Made by a program: the position numbers and the translations under genes
NCBI GenBank assembly: GCA_049724395.1
Contig: JAUGWO010000023.1
Location: 124,001 to 188,000, forward strand
Origin: Spongospora subterranea f. sp. subterranea
Taxonomy: Eukaryota
Length of the DNA: 64,000 nucleotides
Direction: 5' to 3'
Notes under the pieces: generated by a model
Told to the model about the DNA's origin: nothing
The model's input: the letters and a program-made list of their open reading frames with translations, nothing else
Database searches by the model: none
In this document: one piece after another, positions 13,114 through 25,932 of the stretch
Layout of the letters: every line of letters starts with the position of its first letter
Position numbering within the stretch: the stretch's first letter is position 1

Positions 13114-14784
13114 ATGGCTGAAGGTAGTGCATGATAATCCAGCCACTGTTTCCACCGACGTGGTCGCTTTCGTAACCGACTGTTTTGATCGGCATCTATC
13201 GCGTCCAACGCTCCACGACATACTCCGGAAACTCCCAATCAAAGGTGTTCATGAATTTCCCGCCAACAACAACATGATTCAGACTCCGTATCTTCTCAGG
13301 CACGACAACGGATGCGCTTGCGATCAGTTCCGTCGCTGTGGATCTCCGGCGCCTGGTTGACGAATATCGTCGAAGCCCCGATGGGTCGTCGTGGGCATTG
13401 GCCCAAAGCGATGTCGAACTATATCACTATATCACTCGAACGCTCGACCTGCGCTGTGCCATCTACGACGATGTTCGAGATCGATCGTGTATTGAACCTC
13501 GCCAGCGAACCAATCATGTCGTGTGAACCATGGGCCGGTACGCATCTCCGCCAACCTGCTGACGATCTCCCGTACAGATTCTGATGGTAGCGCCGACTGA
13601 GTTCGGGTTCAATCCGCTGGCGGCCGAAGACAACCTGTTCAGTCAGTTGCCGACCATGGAGGCGGATCAGGTTCGCGACCAAGCGATGGCGGAATTCGGA
13701 TCGCTCTATAGGGCTCTGATTGAACATGGAGTCGATGTTCGTATGAGATCAATCGGGCTATTTCAGAACAACCATGAACGGTGTGCTGTAGATTTCGTTG
13801 ATCTGCGATTCCAGCTATACGGCGACTCCAGATGCGGTTTTCCCAAACAATTGGTTCTCGACCCATCCTCCTCAGGGTAAAACGCCTTGCGTTCATTTGC
13901 GAAATCTGGGAAACTGAGCCCTGCGCTAGAAATTCCTGATGGACGGTCGACGCTGGCTCTGTATCCGATTAAACCGATTTCCCGTCGGGCTGAGCGCCGT
14001 CCCGACATCATCCGCAAGATACGCAGCGTCCGTTCGTTTGGCCGAGTTCTGGACCTCACTCCGTACGAATCGGACGAGGCGAAACAATACCTTGAGGGGA
14101 CCGGTGTGTTGATAATCTTGGTCCCAGACAGGACTGGGTCGAATCGATACTGATTGGATCCGTTTCAGGAAGTATGGTTCTGGATCGCGTCAACAGGGTT
14201 TGCTTCATGTCCCGATCGGAGCGGTCGAACGCCTCGTTGGCCAAACACTGGTGTGATCAACTCGGATATCGACTGATGTCGTTCGCGGCGACCGATATCA
14301 ACGGCGCTCCCGTTTATCACACCAATGTGCTGATGGCGATTGGTATTTTGGCCAGTCGATTCGTGATTTGACAATATGGTAATCCATGATCAGGAACCAA
14401 GGTCGCCGTAATCTGTCTGGAGGCGATCGAGGATCCGGCCGAACGGAAGGTGATCTCGGATGCGTTGACGGCGACCCATGAGATCATCGATATCACAAGA
14501 AGGCAGATGAGCGAGTTCTGTGGCAACGTCATTGAGCTGGGTCAGATTATGGGCCAAACCCAACTCGACGACCGTCGCCTGTGCTGATTCGTTTTTTGTG
14601 CTTGGTAGAGAACGGTTTGGGTCGTCCGATTCTGGTGATGTCGTCTCGTGCATATTATGGATTCACCATTCCACAGCGTGAATCTCTATTGCATCACGTC
14701 GATTCGTTGGTTCACGAACCGATTCCGACAATAGAAGGGGTTGGCGGTGGTGGTGTCAGGTGTACCATAGCTGAGCTATTCTAA
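13114..14784 (+). CDS. Amidinotransferase/arginine-deiminase superfamily enzyme (CtlX-like) with N-terminal extension
   Basis: Motifs MVAPTEFGFN...DN, PDAVFPNNWFSTH, YLEGTGSMVLDR, PVYHTNVLMAIG, EFCGNV and C-terminal GGGGVRCTIAELF containing the catalytic Cys. Start uncertain. Confidence 0.85.
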
Positions 14785-15373
14785 CAATTCGGTCAACTAT
14801 AAAACAATATATATATCCGCTGAAACACTCCCAGAGATTGTGATTTGTCGCAAGTTGTACAAAGAAGGGCAAAGAGCGCATCTGGGGTAGATCACTGATG
14901 AGCTTGTAGAACGTGAGGGAACAGATCCTGTGGTGATATGGGCCGGCGGTACAGGCTCCCATAAATCTGGAAAGAGTGTCGGGGCGAGTTTCAAGGAAAG
15001 TGGTGATCCACTCTTGTCGCTCTGCGTGCGTACTGCTGGATATGGTCAATAATCAACCACAAAGCTTCAACATGCTTTCGGGTCACGTCCATTGTGAAAA
15101 AAAGATCGATTCTAAAAGGGCTCATTTGTCGGAGCTGATACAACCTGGCTGTGAAACAGACGGTCGCTCTGGTTCAATTAGCCACGTAAACGATCAGCTT
15201 ACTATCGAACCTTTGTCCAATCTAAGAAAAACACGCTCCTACAACCGATGAACAGAGAAGACCGCCAGACACAGTTTAATTGAGAATAACACTTTATACA
15301 ATATAATTTATAACAAATAGAAACGCCAGTTCTGACCCTTAAATGACCTACAGTTTCCACAGAAAATTCATAA

Positions 15374-18088
15374 TCAGATATCGCTGTTGTTCGACACGAT
15401 ATATGCTTTACTAACAACTCCAGTGAGCCTCGCTACGGTTGCAACTATATGTTTGCCAAATGCTATCTTGCGCAGATTGGGGATCTTAGCTCTCATAGTG
15501 TTAACTAACCGGTCGCGATGATCGGAGTTCACCACAGATAAAATCTATAGGTGAAGACTATGGGCGGGGGCGAAAAACAGCATTGACGAACAAAACATTT
15601 CAAACCTTTTGGATGACATAGTTACCGAATGGGTCTTTAACCATTAGAATAAGGGGGCACAAGGACACGTTAGAGTCCCCTTTCTGGGATGGCAATTCTC
15701 CACACGTTTCTTGAACCAAGGCCTCTCTGTCTTGTTCAGAGCCGAACGCGAAGCATTTTTCAACGACATTCGAAGCGAATTTATGCCTGCTTAATTCGCA
15801 TACTTGACCCTATAGAATAATGTCACAACCAGACAAATGTGGTGCCTAAAACAGCATCTACTTTGACATGGGCAATGATGGCATCTCTATGGCTAGCAGG
15901 ACCTCGTTCAATAATATTCTGGATTACGTAATTGCCGAACTGAGATAATTATGTTTTGAGCAACATTCAAAGATGGATGACGATATTTACCTGATCGAGG
16001 ATAAGGTCCGATATTCTGGACATAATCTCGCTCAAAAGCTGCTCCTGAAACAAAGAATGGGTGAAGGGGCTATTGCCCTGTTCATTGGCCAGACCTTCCT
16101 AAATGGATCTTGGCAATGCCCAAGAAGGCGTTGGATTACGCGGCATCCATACGCATGTGTGGAAAAGGTGTATACATTGCCAACAAAGGCGTCGATGACA
16201 AAAGTGATGGCATCGTGCGGAAGAACCTCAATACATTTTTGAATGACGTGGTTTCCTGAGTACCACAGTGTTGGTAATCGTAACCCGACGACGGAGCCCG
16301 AATCTTACCGTTTTGATCTTTAACGCATTTGTCGACATGACCTCTGAGCTCATTTACAAATTGGAGTTGCTGATCCAGATCGATCACTTCCAACGCCTTC
16401 TGCACTACTCGACACCCATACATCTGAAAACGGCCATCAGATCAAAAGCAAATATAAAGGAAGACAAACCAGGATAACGTCACACAGACCTGCATTGATA
16501 ATGGGAGTATTGCACCTCGCATTCGACCAGCTAAACCTCGCCGATGTGAAGGTCGACCATATTCGAAAAACTTCTGGATAACGTAATTGGCGAACACGTC
16601 GACGCTGAGCCTGCACATGGAATGGGTAAAACCTTATGCCGTATTGATGCCGGCAACGCGTCACTAACCGTATTGTATCCTGTTCTAATTGCTCGAACAT
16701 ATCCTGTAATTGTCCTTTCGATGCCTGCTCAAGCTGCAACTGAATAAACCGGGATCCGTTCTAGAGCAAATCAGACATGATCGAAATAGGGTCAGCCTAT
16801 TTACCTGATCTGTCGCCAATAGCGCGACCAACTCCTGGCTGACTACATCTGACAGGCGAATATGATGATGGTGCTTGCTGGAATGCAGCTCATGTAAAAT
16901 CGCCATCCTGCCAATCCGAATTAACAATTCGCATCGATTGCAATGGTCAACATGTTGCCAACCTCGATGACCCATCCGTATCCTGGTTGGTTTTCCGGGG
17001 TTTATGACCATTGGTGTTGCTAGGATGTCGAGTGAGATGGGAGGGCTGAAACACGCTGCGGTCAGAGTGCGTTTTGGCAAGACAACATGCAGCACCGCCA
17101 ACATTGGTATAATCTCCATGATAAATAGGTTGCATGGCGCCATGCGTATTCCAATATTGCCTCGATTGTGGAAGGGAGCTCCCATATCGAGAAGCGTCGG
17201 GTTCCTATTTTGCAACCACTCCATCAATTGCTCGAGTCTCACTTATCGAGGTGGAAATCTCACTGACCCTCATACCCTGAAGATGAGATGAAAGGTCATA
17301 TTGTTTTGGATGCGGAAGAGCGCCAATCTGAATAGAACATAGCTTTATGAGCGACAGCGAAGATACGGTTGACGAGAATTTACGTGAAAACTGTCAATGT
17401 TCGCCTGTAAATGGTCAATTGTGGCTGACGCGCTACGATGTAGAGATTGATCACGAGAGGCTACGCCACGAGGAGCCGTCATGAATATCGATCCATCTTG
17501 GGCTTTCGTATCGGTTCCATGCCATTCAGCAGGAAATACAGGCGATGGTGTCCTCGGGAAATCGTGCTGAATCATAGATGCCCCGAACGACTTTTCTCTT
17601 GCCCATGTCGAGCCCTTATCCAATGGCGACATGCCTGGCCGCTTCCCGGCCTGCATTGTCGGCAATCGCATATGCTTGAAGGCATCTGGCTGGTGCAATG
17701 AGGATCCCCATGAGCTATAATCGAGAAGCGGCGGCGGGAGTCGCGGGTCGATCGGGCGCTGTGAATAATAATAGGCATAGTAGGCGGGAGACAGGCGAGG
17801 GTCTTCTGGCGATATCGTCTCCCCATTAACATAGACCAATGGCGAACCTGTGTCACATTACATTATGGGACGGCGCTACAGGACGGGGGCGGGTGACACC
17901 ACGTTACCGTCCTGGGACAGCTGGGGCGGCGCTGATATGGACCGGGCGAACGGCTGCGAGAGGGACGCACGTGGCCGCGGCATGGCGATCGGGGACGGTA
18001 ATGAGGCCAGGTCATCGTCCAGGATCGACCCGATCAGCTGCACCTCCGGTATGGATATGACGGAGGCGCGCCCATGATCGGAGGACAT
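15374..18088 (-). CDS. PUM: Pumilio/PUF RNA-binding protein (multi-exon)
   Basis: PUF repeat motifs [53 protein letters not shown] and terminal [10 protein letters not shown]. Upstream '[26 protein letters not shown]' resembles plant APUM1-6. Confidence 0.92.
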
Positions 18089-18974
18089 GATCTATAGTGT
18101 GTTGTTTTAGTGTGTGTGTGTGTGGGGGGTGGAGCCCCTTTTCGCCGTGAATTTCGCTGTCCCGTTCCCAATAACAGGAACAGCAGTGAGCCGATGAGGT
18201 TCCCCCTGTAGCGTGTTACTGTGTGTGTCCGGTGACCTCCTCCCACCACCCCCCTATAGCAGGACTATAGCAGGCCACAGCACTGTCGAATATACGCTGC
18301 TCCACAAGCCGACTCAGTCACGGGGATTTCGTTTAAGGTTACGCAATAAACATAATTGGGCACTGACGTAGTGTCTTGTTCGAGTTGGCAGCTGTAACCC
18401 TGGCACAGTCAAGGACTTGGGCCTATGAGATTGTCGGGGTAACGATGTGCCACGGTCACGGATTCACTGGGTGAATCGTTGCTGGACGATGACTGGACGA
18501 TGGCAGTTGGCGCCCCAAATGTGTCTATAACCATGCAGTACGGTGGGATATTATTATCACACACTATGCGATAGGGTACGATCTCGTGCACAATACCTTC
18601 GTTTGACCAGGGCGGTTGATCCTAGAACGAGGTTATCGGGCGAGCACCAGAACCAGAATGGAATGGGGGTGGCTCAGGGCGTACGAGACTAGGCAGTGTA
18701 TGGTCATCAGGATGCCCTCATGTAGTTGCTATATTATTCCAGAACAGTACTGGCATCGTGTGAAACCCAAATAAGGACCATGATCATACACGTGCGGATA
18801 TAGACCAATTTCAAGCGTAATTGTATTGCTTGACCAATATTGTGAAGAATATCCTTCGTCAACAATAATGTGTCGTAATCTCTACGACCTATATCTGTTC
18901 ACAATGGAAAATTGTATTGATTACTGAACTCCTTGTCAAATAGATTCTTTGCCAGAGCAAGTTCTGGAAGAATT

Positions 18975-20795
18975 TCAGAATTGCCTTACAGATTTCAATA
19001 CGGAACCGGAAGACTTCTTCGATACCAGCTCCCGAGCAGGGGTTGTCACTTTCATCGGTATGGCCGATTGGAACTCTACAACAACCAGTCTAAGGCTCCA
19101 TGGGATTACATTCCGAACCAGCGAATTCGACTTACTTCGAACACTCTTGGTCGTGGAGAAGTGCACCGCCCTGTTGGGCTTCTGAAGATCGGACACGGTG
19201 AGCGGTAGATCGCCAGACGATGGCGTAACCGGGGCCGTTGACCCACCACTGCTACTGCTCTGGCGTGATCGCTTCACTGGCAGAGCAACCGTATCGGGAG
19301 AGAACGCATCCGAATTGTCGGGCGTGGCGACGTCGGCACCCGATGAACCTGGCGTTGATGCCCGGCGACGCCTTCGTTTACCCTTCTTGGGCGCATCCCC
19401 GTCCGGTGCTGACGGAACCACCTCCTCGCCAGATTCGAGGACGGTGACTTCCTCACTCGTGGGAGACGGCAGAGGTTCGACGGGGGAGTCAGCGCCGGGT
19501 CCCTTGATCAGATTCAGGCCCGAATCGAACACCAGCTCATCGTCGAACGTCAACATCGGAGCAGGATTGGCCGCCTTGTGCACTGAATTGCTGGCGATCT
19601 TTGCTTGTGGGTTCTGATCGATGACCGGAACATGGGCTTGGACGAAGGGAGTCGACTCATGCTGCTGATCCTCATTATCGGAGGACGATATGGCGTGCGT
19701 CACCTGGCCTTCAACGGCGAGAAACTTGGCGCGAAGCCGATAGAGGATCGAGCGCGATCGCTCCGTTGCGTTGGGGTCACTGGCGGCATTGAAACACGCC
19801 ATGGCAATGGCACCGGCACTCAACAACATGGTTGTCATCAGATTTGTGACGACGACTTCAGTGGTGGCTAGAACACAGCGAGTGAGTTTGCTGTGAGATT
19901 TCGCCAAGGCTAGACGAACTTACGATCTGCTCGCGCCACATTTCCGGCGTCAACGATCATACGAACGAATATTTTGCTCCGGATGCGCTTCAGAAATTCC
20001 CGGTCGATATTGGTGGTCATAACGCTCAAGAAGACCTGTAGGATCGACAACAGCGGCGCGAACAAAACGTGATCTTCCTCTTGTGGAACTTCGTCAAACA
20101 CGACAATCAACTGCACAAAAATCGATTAGAGAAACAATGCGGAAGAGCAGTCGATGACCGAGTTTCGACCTCGTCAATAAACACATCGATAACGTGAAAG
20201 GTGACGCCTCGTGAACTGACGTTTGAGAAGCACAGCGCTGACGACTTCAGCAATCCCAGCATGGCGTTGGCAACAGCTGGCTAATTATTTCGCTCAATCA
20301 ACGATGATTTGGGAAGAGGATATCGCTGTCGGCCTTACATTATGCCTGTTCTTCTCACAGAATATATAGGTTAATAGCGAACGGACGGTTTTCCGGGTTA
20401 AGGAATAGTATTTATCAAGGCGGAGCTTGTCGGTCCCTTCCCAGGTTCTGTGCATCGTCTGGAAGAACGCTTGCAGATAGGGAACCGCTCGATCCAGGGG
20501 CAGTTTCAGAGGAATTTCCGCCAGGTTCTCGGCAAGTTCCTCCTGGATCAGAGGTTTATCGGCCATCCACATGCCTAAAAGCTGTCCATTAGAAAACCAA
20601 CACGCCCAGGACAGAAAGAAAACCCCATTCGTCCTAACAGTAATAGAGCGCTTTCCACATTTTCATGTAATCCATCGGGTCAACGGATTCCCTCTTCAGA
20701 AGCCAGTTGAGCACATGGGAAAAGCCCACGTCCCTGACGGATTTATCGCTGTGCGCCAGTTTCCTGGCCAGGCCGAATCGCTGATCATCCGACAT
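18975..20795 (-). CDS. RRP1: Ribosomal RNA processing protein 1 (Nop52 domain)
   Basis: 'LARKLAHSDKSVRD', 'MKMWKALYYC/MWMADKPLIQEELA', 'WEGTDKLRLDKYYSL' are Nop52 motifs, followed by a low-complexity basic C-terminus. 3' end approximate. Confidence 0.9.
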
Positions 20796-21009
20796 CGGGA
20801 AGTGGCCAAACTAAACGATGATTGATTTCTGAATTTGGCCTTTTTACCAGTCACCAGGTCCACAAGCCGATTTCCATGGCACAGACTGCGCAACTCGGCC
20901 GATATGCGTGACGGACTCCGAACCTCCGACTGCCAGTCGGGGCTGCGCTGGGCAAAAAACAAACGAAAAAACTTGGGAGAATTGATGATTTATATGCAAA
21001 GAAAATAAA

Positions 21010-22867
21010 TTAAGATTTAAGAAATTGCGCCATGGGGTCGAAATCCCTTGATCTTTCTCGTTGATAGGCGTCGATTTGTTCTGGCGTCGGACCGTCAGAA
21101 ATTGCTGCAAGGGTTGAGGCGGCCGATCGCTTGACACTATTGGGTACGATCCGGGGAATTAACGGCACATCTTCAGGCGGAGGACCTAAACCGCCACACA
21201 TGGGTCAACTGGTTTGGATTTTCGATTTGTCAAAGGTTTCCGTACCAGTGCAATACGCATTTCGAAGCAGCTGGCGACAGCAAAGATACCCCCATTTACC
21301 GTCCCGGAAGAACGACCCGAACACGGTTTTATGGCCGCGTTCATAAACGTCCTCAATGTATTTGCTTTTCTGCTTGGCCGGTTGCATTCCTTTCAGCACC
21401 TGAAATCTCGTGTTTTCAAAGCCATGTTGATATCAAAAGCCGTCGACACAAACCTTTCCGTCAGCAGAATATTCGAGGTAAACTTCGGATTGTCTCGCCG
21501 GCAATATGGCCGGTTTCGCTGCGGATTGTTCACCGCCATACTTTTCGAGAATCGCTTGTTTCTTTATTTTTCTTGCTTCGTCTCTGCGGCCATGAACCGT
21601 CAAACCAACTCGATACCAACGGCGACACAAATGCAATTGCCCAACCTCTCTTTGACGTGTTGTTTATAGATCATTTCAGCTTGCGATGGAGCCGCAGTTG
21701 GGTGCACCAGATCAGCGGTGCCTTTCGCCTCACTTTCCCAGGCGAAGCTGGTCAGATCTGAGAAACCGCGCACATCGCCATTTGCGCGAACAAAATTATC
21801 GCCAGCGTACGTCACCTGGTCAAGAATGAGATAAAACAAATGCTGTTGAGCGAGGTCAAAACAAGCAAAACTCTTACTTCATCCGGTTTAGCATCAGGAT
21901 GAGGATTTTCACGCATTGACCTTGACTTTGAGTCATAATAGGCGGAATTCACGTCAAGATTGATTAGGTATTTGGCGCGATCTTCTCGGATTCGTAGATT
22001 TCGAACGGTTGTCCGTGTTCTAGCATCTCGTTTTTGAATAACCACACCGGTATCTTTCAAATCATCCCCATCGTCAGATAACGGTTCGTCATTATCCGAG
22101 TCCGTATCGGAATTTCGTTCAGTTGTCGTTGCCCCAGTAAGGGGAGTCTAGAAACGCAGGGAATACTGTTTAGAACAACTTCCGAGTTTACAGGCTGATG
22201 GAATCGTCATTTCCACACCTGTTCCAATTCGGCAGTTTTTTTCTCCAATCGAGCTTGATCTGTCCGTTCAAAATGTTCGATAACTTCGGAATACGTAGTG
22301 GGATCATATCCATTCCACCTATCGCGCTTTCCGTCGAACGATAAATCCACATTAACAATAACCTGGTCAATGCCAAATTCAGTACATGATCGCGAGGGGA
22401 CCACTTCCAAACATGGGCAAACCTCGTCAGGGCAGATGTTGCGTCCTGTCAATTTGGCGCCACGTTTGCGGGGACGCTCGACACATTCACTGGCTTTGTG
22501 AGTCATCGAGCCACAATTCTGGCAAGCCCCTTTTCTGAAAACGGTCGCCACATTGCTTTGAAGACCGCGTCGACGGTATCGATGAATATCGGATTCGGCA
22601 GGAAGACTGTCCGCTTTTTGATGCTTCAGCGATGGATGTCCGGCATTAAGATACCCTAGTTAACCATCGTAAGTTCCCAGTCAGAAACTCGAGCTCGATC
22701 TACGACGTACAAGGTGCTTGCGAGATGTAATTTGGAATATGTGGGTTGATCATCCTCCCATCTTCGTCTAGAGCTGCAGGGGCAGCACCGGATTTACGCA
22801 ACTCCTCGAGCTCGCGTTGCTTTTTGTACTCATCGCGGGACAGGCGATTCGTCGAAGCGGACGCCAT
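21010..22867 (-). CDS. SLU7: Pre-mRNA splicing factor SLU7
   Basis: '[13 protein letters not shown]...[13 protein letters not shown]', zinc knuckle '[25 protein letters not shown]', '[11 protein letters not shown]', '[15 protein letters not shown]', 'SKYIEDV...GKWGY'. Confidence 0.95.
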
Positions 22868-23245
22868 CCCAAATGATTGCCCAACTTCAAGTTGTCGCCA
22901 CCGCACAAGTTCGCCCGGTGGCAACTTGATCAGTGGCGCACTTTATCTGATGCGCAACTTGATGACTGGTAGATCGGAGGCCCCTGACCCTGGTCCCTGG
23001 TTGGCAATAATTTCTGGACTATCGATATCCGCTCAGGTTTTCTTGTTCGAAGTTTCAGCTATCCGGATTTGATGCGGCTTCAGAGATTCGATAAAACGCC
23101 AATCATGTCGAATTTTCTGACCCGCTTGACTACCGTACGGCACAAAATAACGTATCAACTATTTGTTCAATGTGCTGCGCAAACTTGTGTGCCGAGAAAG
23201 CTACATGTGTCAGCATTCTGTGTCGAAAAACTGTACATATGAAAT

Positions 23246-23340
23246 CATACACCTGAGTGTATGAAGGAAATGATACACCTGAATGTATTTATAGAGGATA
23301 TACCGTAGTGTATGTATGAAATTATACACTGGAGTGTATG
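23246..23340. repeat. Four ~26-bp tandem units, each with an imperfect palindrome ATACAC-N4-GTGTAT
   Basis: catacacctgagtgtatg, gatacacctgaatgtatt, gatataccgtagtgtatg and tatacactggagtgtatg start at 23246, 23272, 23297 and 23323. Confidence 0.8.
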
Positions 23341-23346
23341 TTTAAT

Positions 23347-25229
23347 TCAGACAAGGTTGAGTTTGCTCGTTGATGTTTTCATGTGCTTGTAAACGAAATT
23401 CTCATCTAAACTGTCGAGATGTTTCGTGAACGCGTCTTGCTGCTTGAGCCACGGATGCTGTCCGCACTGTTCGAACGCATCGGCGATCCATCGATCCTTC
23501 CGGTTCTTGGTATTGATTTCATCGTACGCTGTCTCGATCATCTCAATAAGGCTTTCTCTCGGGACGGACAACACGCTCCCGGACAGCATTTCTGCTGATA
23601 GGTCACCAATTGCATCCGCTCTGAACCGGTAGTATGCCTCCTTAATCTTCGACTTCAGGGGCTTATTGATTGCGATGTCACAAACCTGTATTATAGAGGT
23701 CATTCCATCGGGAATATACTCGATGAAAATCTTCCCGCCATTCTTGGCATGATTCTTGGCTAGCCAATCGTCGATCAGGTCACCATAATGCGTTGTCGAT
23801 CGATCTACGATTAGCAACGTGTTCTGTGTGGGGAACATCTTCAGCAACCACTCCAGACATAGAATGAAGACGTATCGTGTCATCCAATGGGATGGGTTGA
23901 ACAAAACCGTGCTCTTTGTATAGTGTGCCCAATCGTGCATGAGAGTCGATCCGAACACCCCTGTGTCTATGATAAAAGGTGGGAGGAGCTGCGACGATAA
24001 CAAGCTGGCCGTTACCACCAACGTTACCCCTTTCTTCTCATTTGCAACGGGCACAATCGTACCAACCCGCTTTGTTCCGGTCGGGACGAGCACACGATCA
24101 GTCGATTGGTAATGATGAATGAAGGTTTCATCCATGTTGAGCATACATTGTCAACCTTAAGACGGATTGCAGCCTCGCGAATAAGCTTGGAAGTGGTCAT
24201 AGCAATTTCCTTCCAGTCCATCGGGACCTTCTGCGATATCGAACCTAGACGGTCCGCGTATCGAATGCGCGCAAGCAGGCGCGACAACCAGACAGACAAG
24301 CGATGCTTGTCGTTCACCAGGGTCATGAACTTCTTGTCTTTGGCATCGCGTCGCCCCCACTTCGCGCGCGTCGTCACGTAGACTTCCTCCCTAGTCACTG
24401 GATCACCTCGCTCGAAACGGTTTACTATAAACTTTGCAACGTCGTCGGCCTGCTCCACGAACTTGATTGGAGCGCCCAGCTTCATGGATTCGTTGCAATC
24501 AGGTAAGCGAGATGTCGACTTCTTGAGGAAAATAATTTTGCCTGGGTGTGTTCGTGACATTGATGACAACTTTTGGCAAGATAGCCTACCATCATTGACC
24601 ACGAGCTTGGTCTGGCTGTGTCGGGCCGCACAAGCGGCCGCACTTTCGTACTTGAGCAGTATCTCCGCCTTGATTTTTGTTGAGCCTGCTCCACCAGCAA
24701 ATATAAATTTCTTTCGGAACGGAATTACGCCTATAATGTCGTCCTTGGTCGCATGCTTCACAATTGCGAGCCATTTGTAGATTTTCTCCTTGCGAAGCCA
24801 ACTTCGCAACGTCACAGGTTTAACGACGTGACCGAACACCCTGTCGAACATGATAAAATCGCCTGACCCAAGGTCCTGATGCAAATGAAACGCGATTATT
24901 CTGGAACGAACTTCCCATGTCAACTGTTTGGCGAGGCCGGTCGGGGCTGTAACCGGTAAAGTTGGCAAGATGACGACGTCATCAAGGAGTAAAACCTCAA
25001 TTTTGTCGATCATCGATTTTAACAGACTTTCAACATTGTCAAGGTCCTGACAGCTGGATTGCAGCTCAAGGTGGCTCCGGTGACGACGAATTTCCGCAAG
25101 GCGGGCAGCGTCATGGTCTGCAGCGGCCTGACTATCAATGCCAATGATGCTTGACCACGAAAGTACGACAGACATGTTCTTCAGGTGTAGGTCAATCGCC
25201 GCCTGTTTCTTAGTTTTCGGCTGCGCCAT
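23347..25229 (-). CDS. pogo transposase (CENP-B/Tc5-like HTH plus DDE_1 catalytic domain, DD41D), split by a frameshift at ~24144
   Basis: Catalytic motifs NMDET, LLIVDRSTTH and IPDGMTSIIQVCDIAINKPLK, with 41 residues counted between the 2nd and 3rd Asp. Upstream frame has 'FIVNRFERGDPVTREEV...WLSRLLAR...SQKVPMDW'. Confidence 0.88.
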
Positions 25230-25932
25230 CTTCCGCTCTGTGTTTGGTTTCGATGCGTGAAATGCCTTTGCGTTTGGAACCGGCAGACACGGGTTTAACA
25301 TAAGCGGTAACAGTTGACTGGATCAGTGGCTTCGGTATCGGGCGCATATCCGGGTGAAGACACGCGAAATGGTTCAGCAAATGCGATGCAGCACCAGAAA
25401 CACGAGTCAGCGGGCGAAGATACGTGTGATGATAGACATGCGCGGAAAACTCTGACAAAATTGAGGGTCTATGATTGAGTTTAAGAAACATTGCAGTTGT
25501 CTTACCATGAGACAAGGCATAGTCGGGCATATGCTGTTCCAAAAACGATTTGGTTGACCACAAAGTTATGCCTTCCTCGAAGTTCGAGTAGACGTTGATG
25601 TCGATATTATAAAGGATCGAAAGAAGCGCCATATCAACGTTACTAGCAAACGAACGTGATCGACGCAAACCTGCGATGACCTCAACGAAGGAACATGGTC
25701 CTGAGGGAACTCTCCGATGCAAAAGGTCGACCACCTTCTCAGCTGCTGCACGACCACACCCGAGCGCGAACGCTGCCGTGGCCTGACGTAGGTCTGAGTG
25801 ACTGAGGCTGGGCACTTGACGACTAGCAACGATAGCATGGTAGAAACAGTTCCCATCCCCGGGAACGTCTTCTGGTACAAAGGCTTTGCCATTGTGTCTA
25901 AAAGTGGTGAACGTCGACCATTGGGAGACCAT
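25210..25932 (-). CDS. OTU-family cysteine protease ORF inside the transposon
   Basis: 'VPGDGNCFYHAI' (catalytic D/C), 'DLRQATA', 'SNVDMALLSILYNIDINVYS' and 'NHFACL' (catalytic H). Probable in-frame 54-nt intron at 25452-25505 (GTAAGA...TTTTGTCAG). Confidence 0.85.
   Translation of the reverse strand: MVSQWSTFTTFRHNGKAFVPEDVPGDGNCFYHAIVASRQVPSLSHSDLRQATAAFALGCGRAAAEKVVDLLHRRVPSGPCSFVEVIAGLRRSRSFASNVDMALLSILYNIDINVYSNFEEGITLWSTKSFLEQHMPDYALSHGKTTAMFLKLNHRPSILSEFSAHVYHHTYLRPLTRVSGAASHLLNHFACLHPDMRPIPKPLIQSTVTAYVKPVSAGSKRKGISRIETKHRAEDGAAEN

Noticed and set aside
14790..15260. Short ORFs between the amidinotransferase and Pumilio genes
   Set aside because: No motif and no consistent splice model.
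23246..23340. CRISPR-like array
   Set aside because: Units are degenerate, spacers are only ~8 nt, there are no cas genes, and the context is a eukaryotic transposon.
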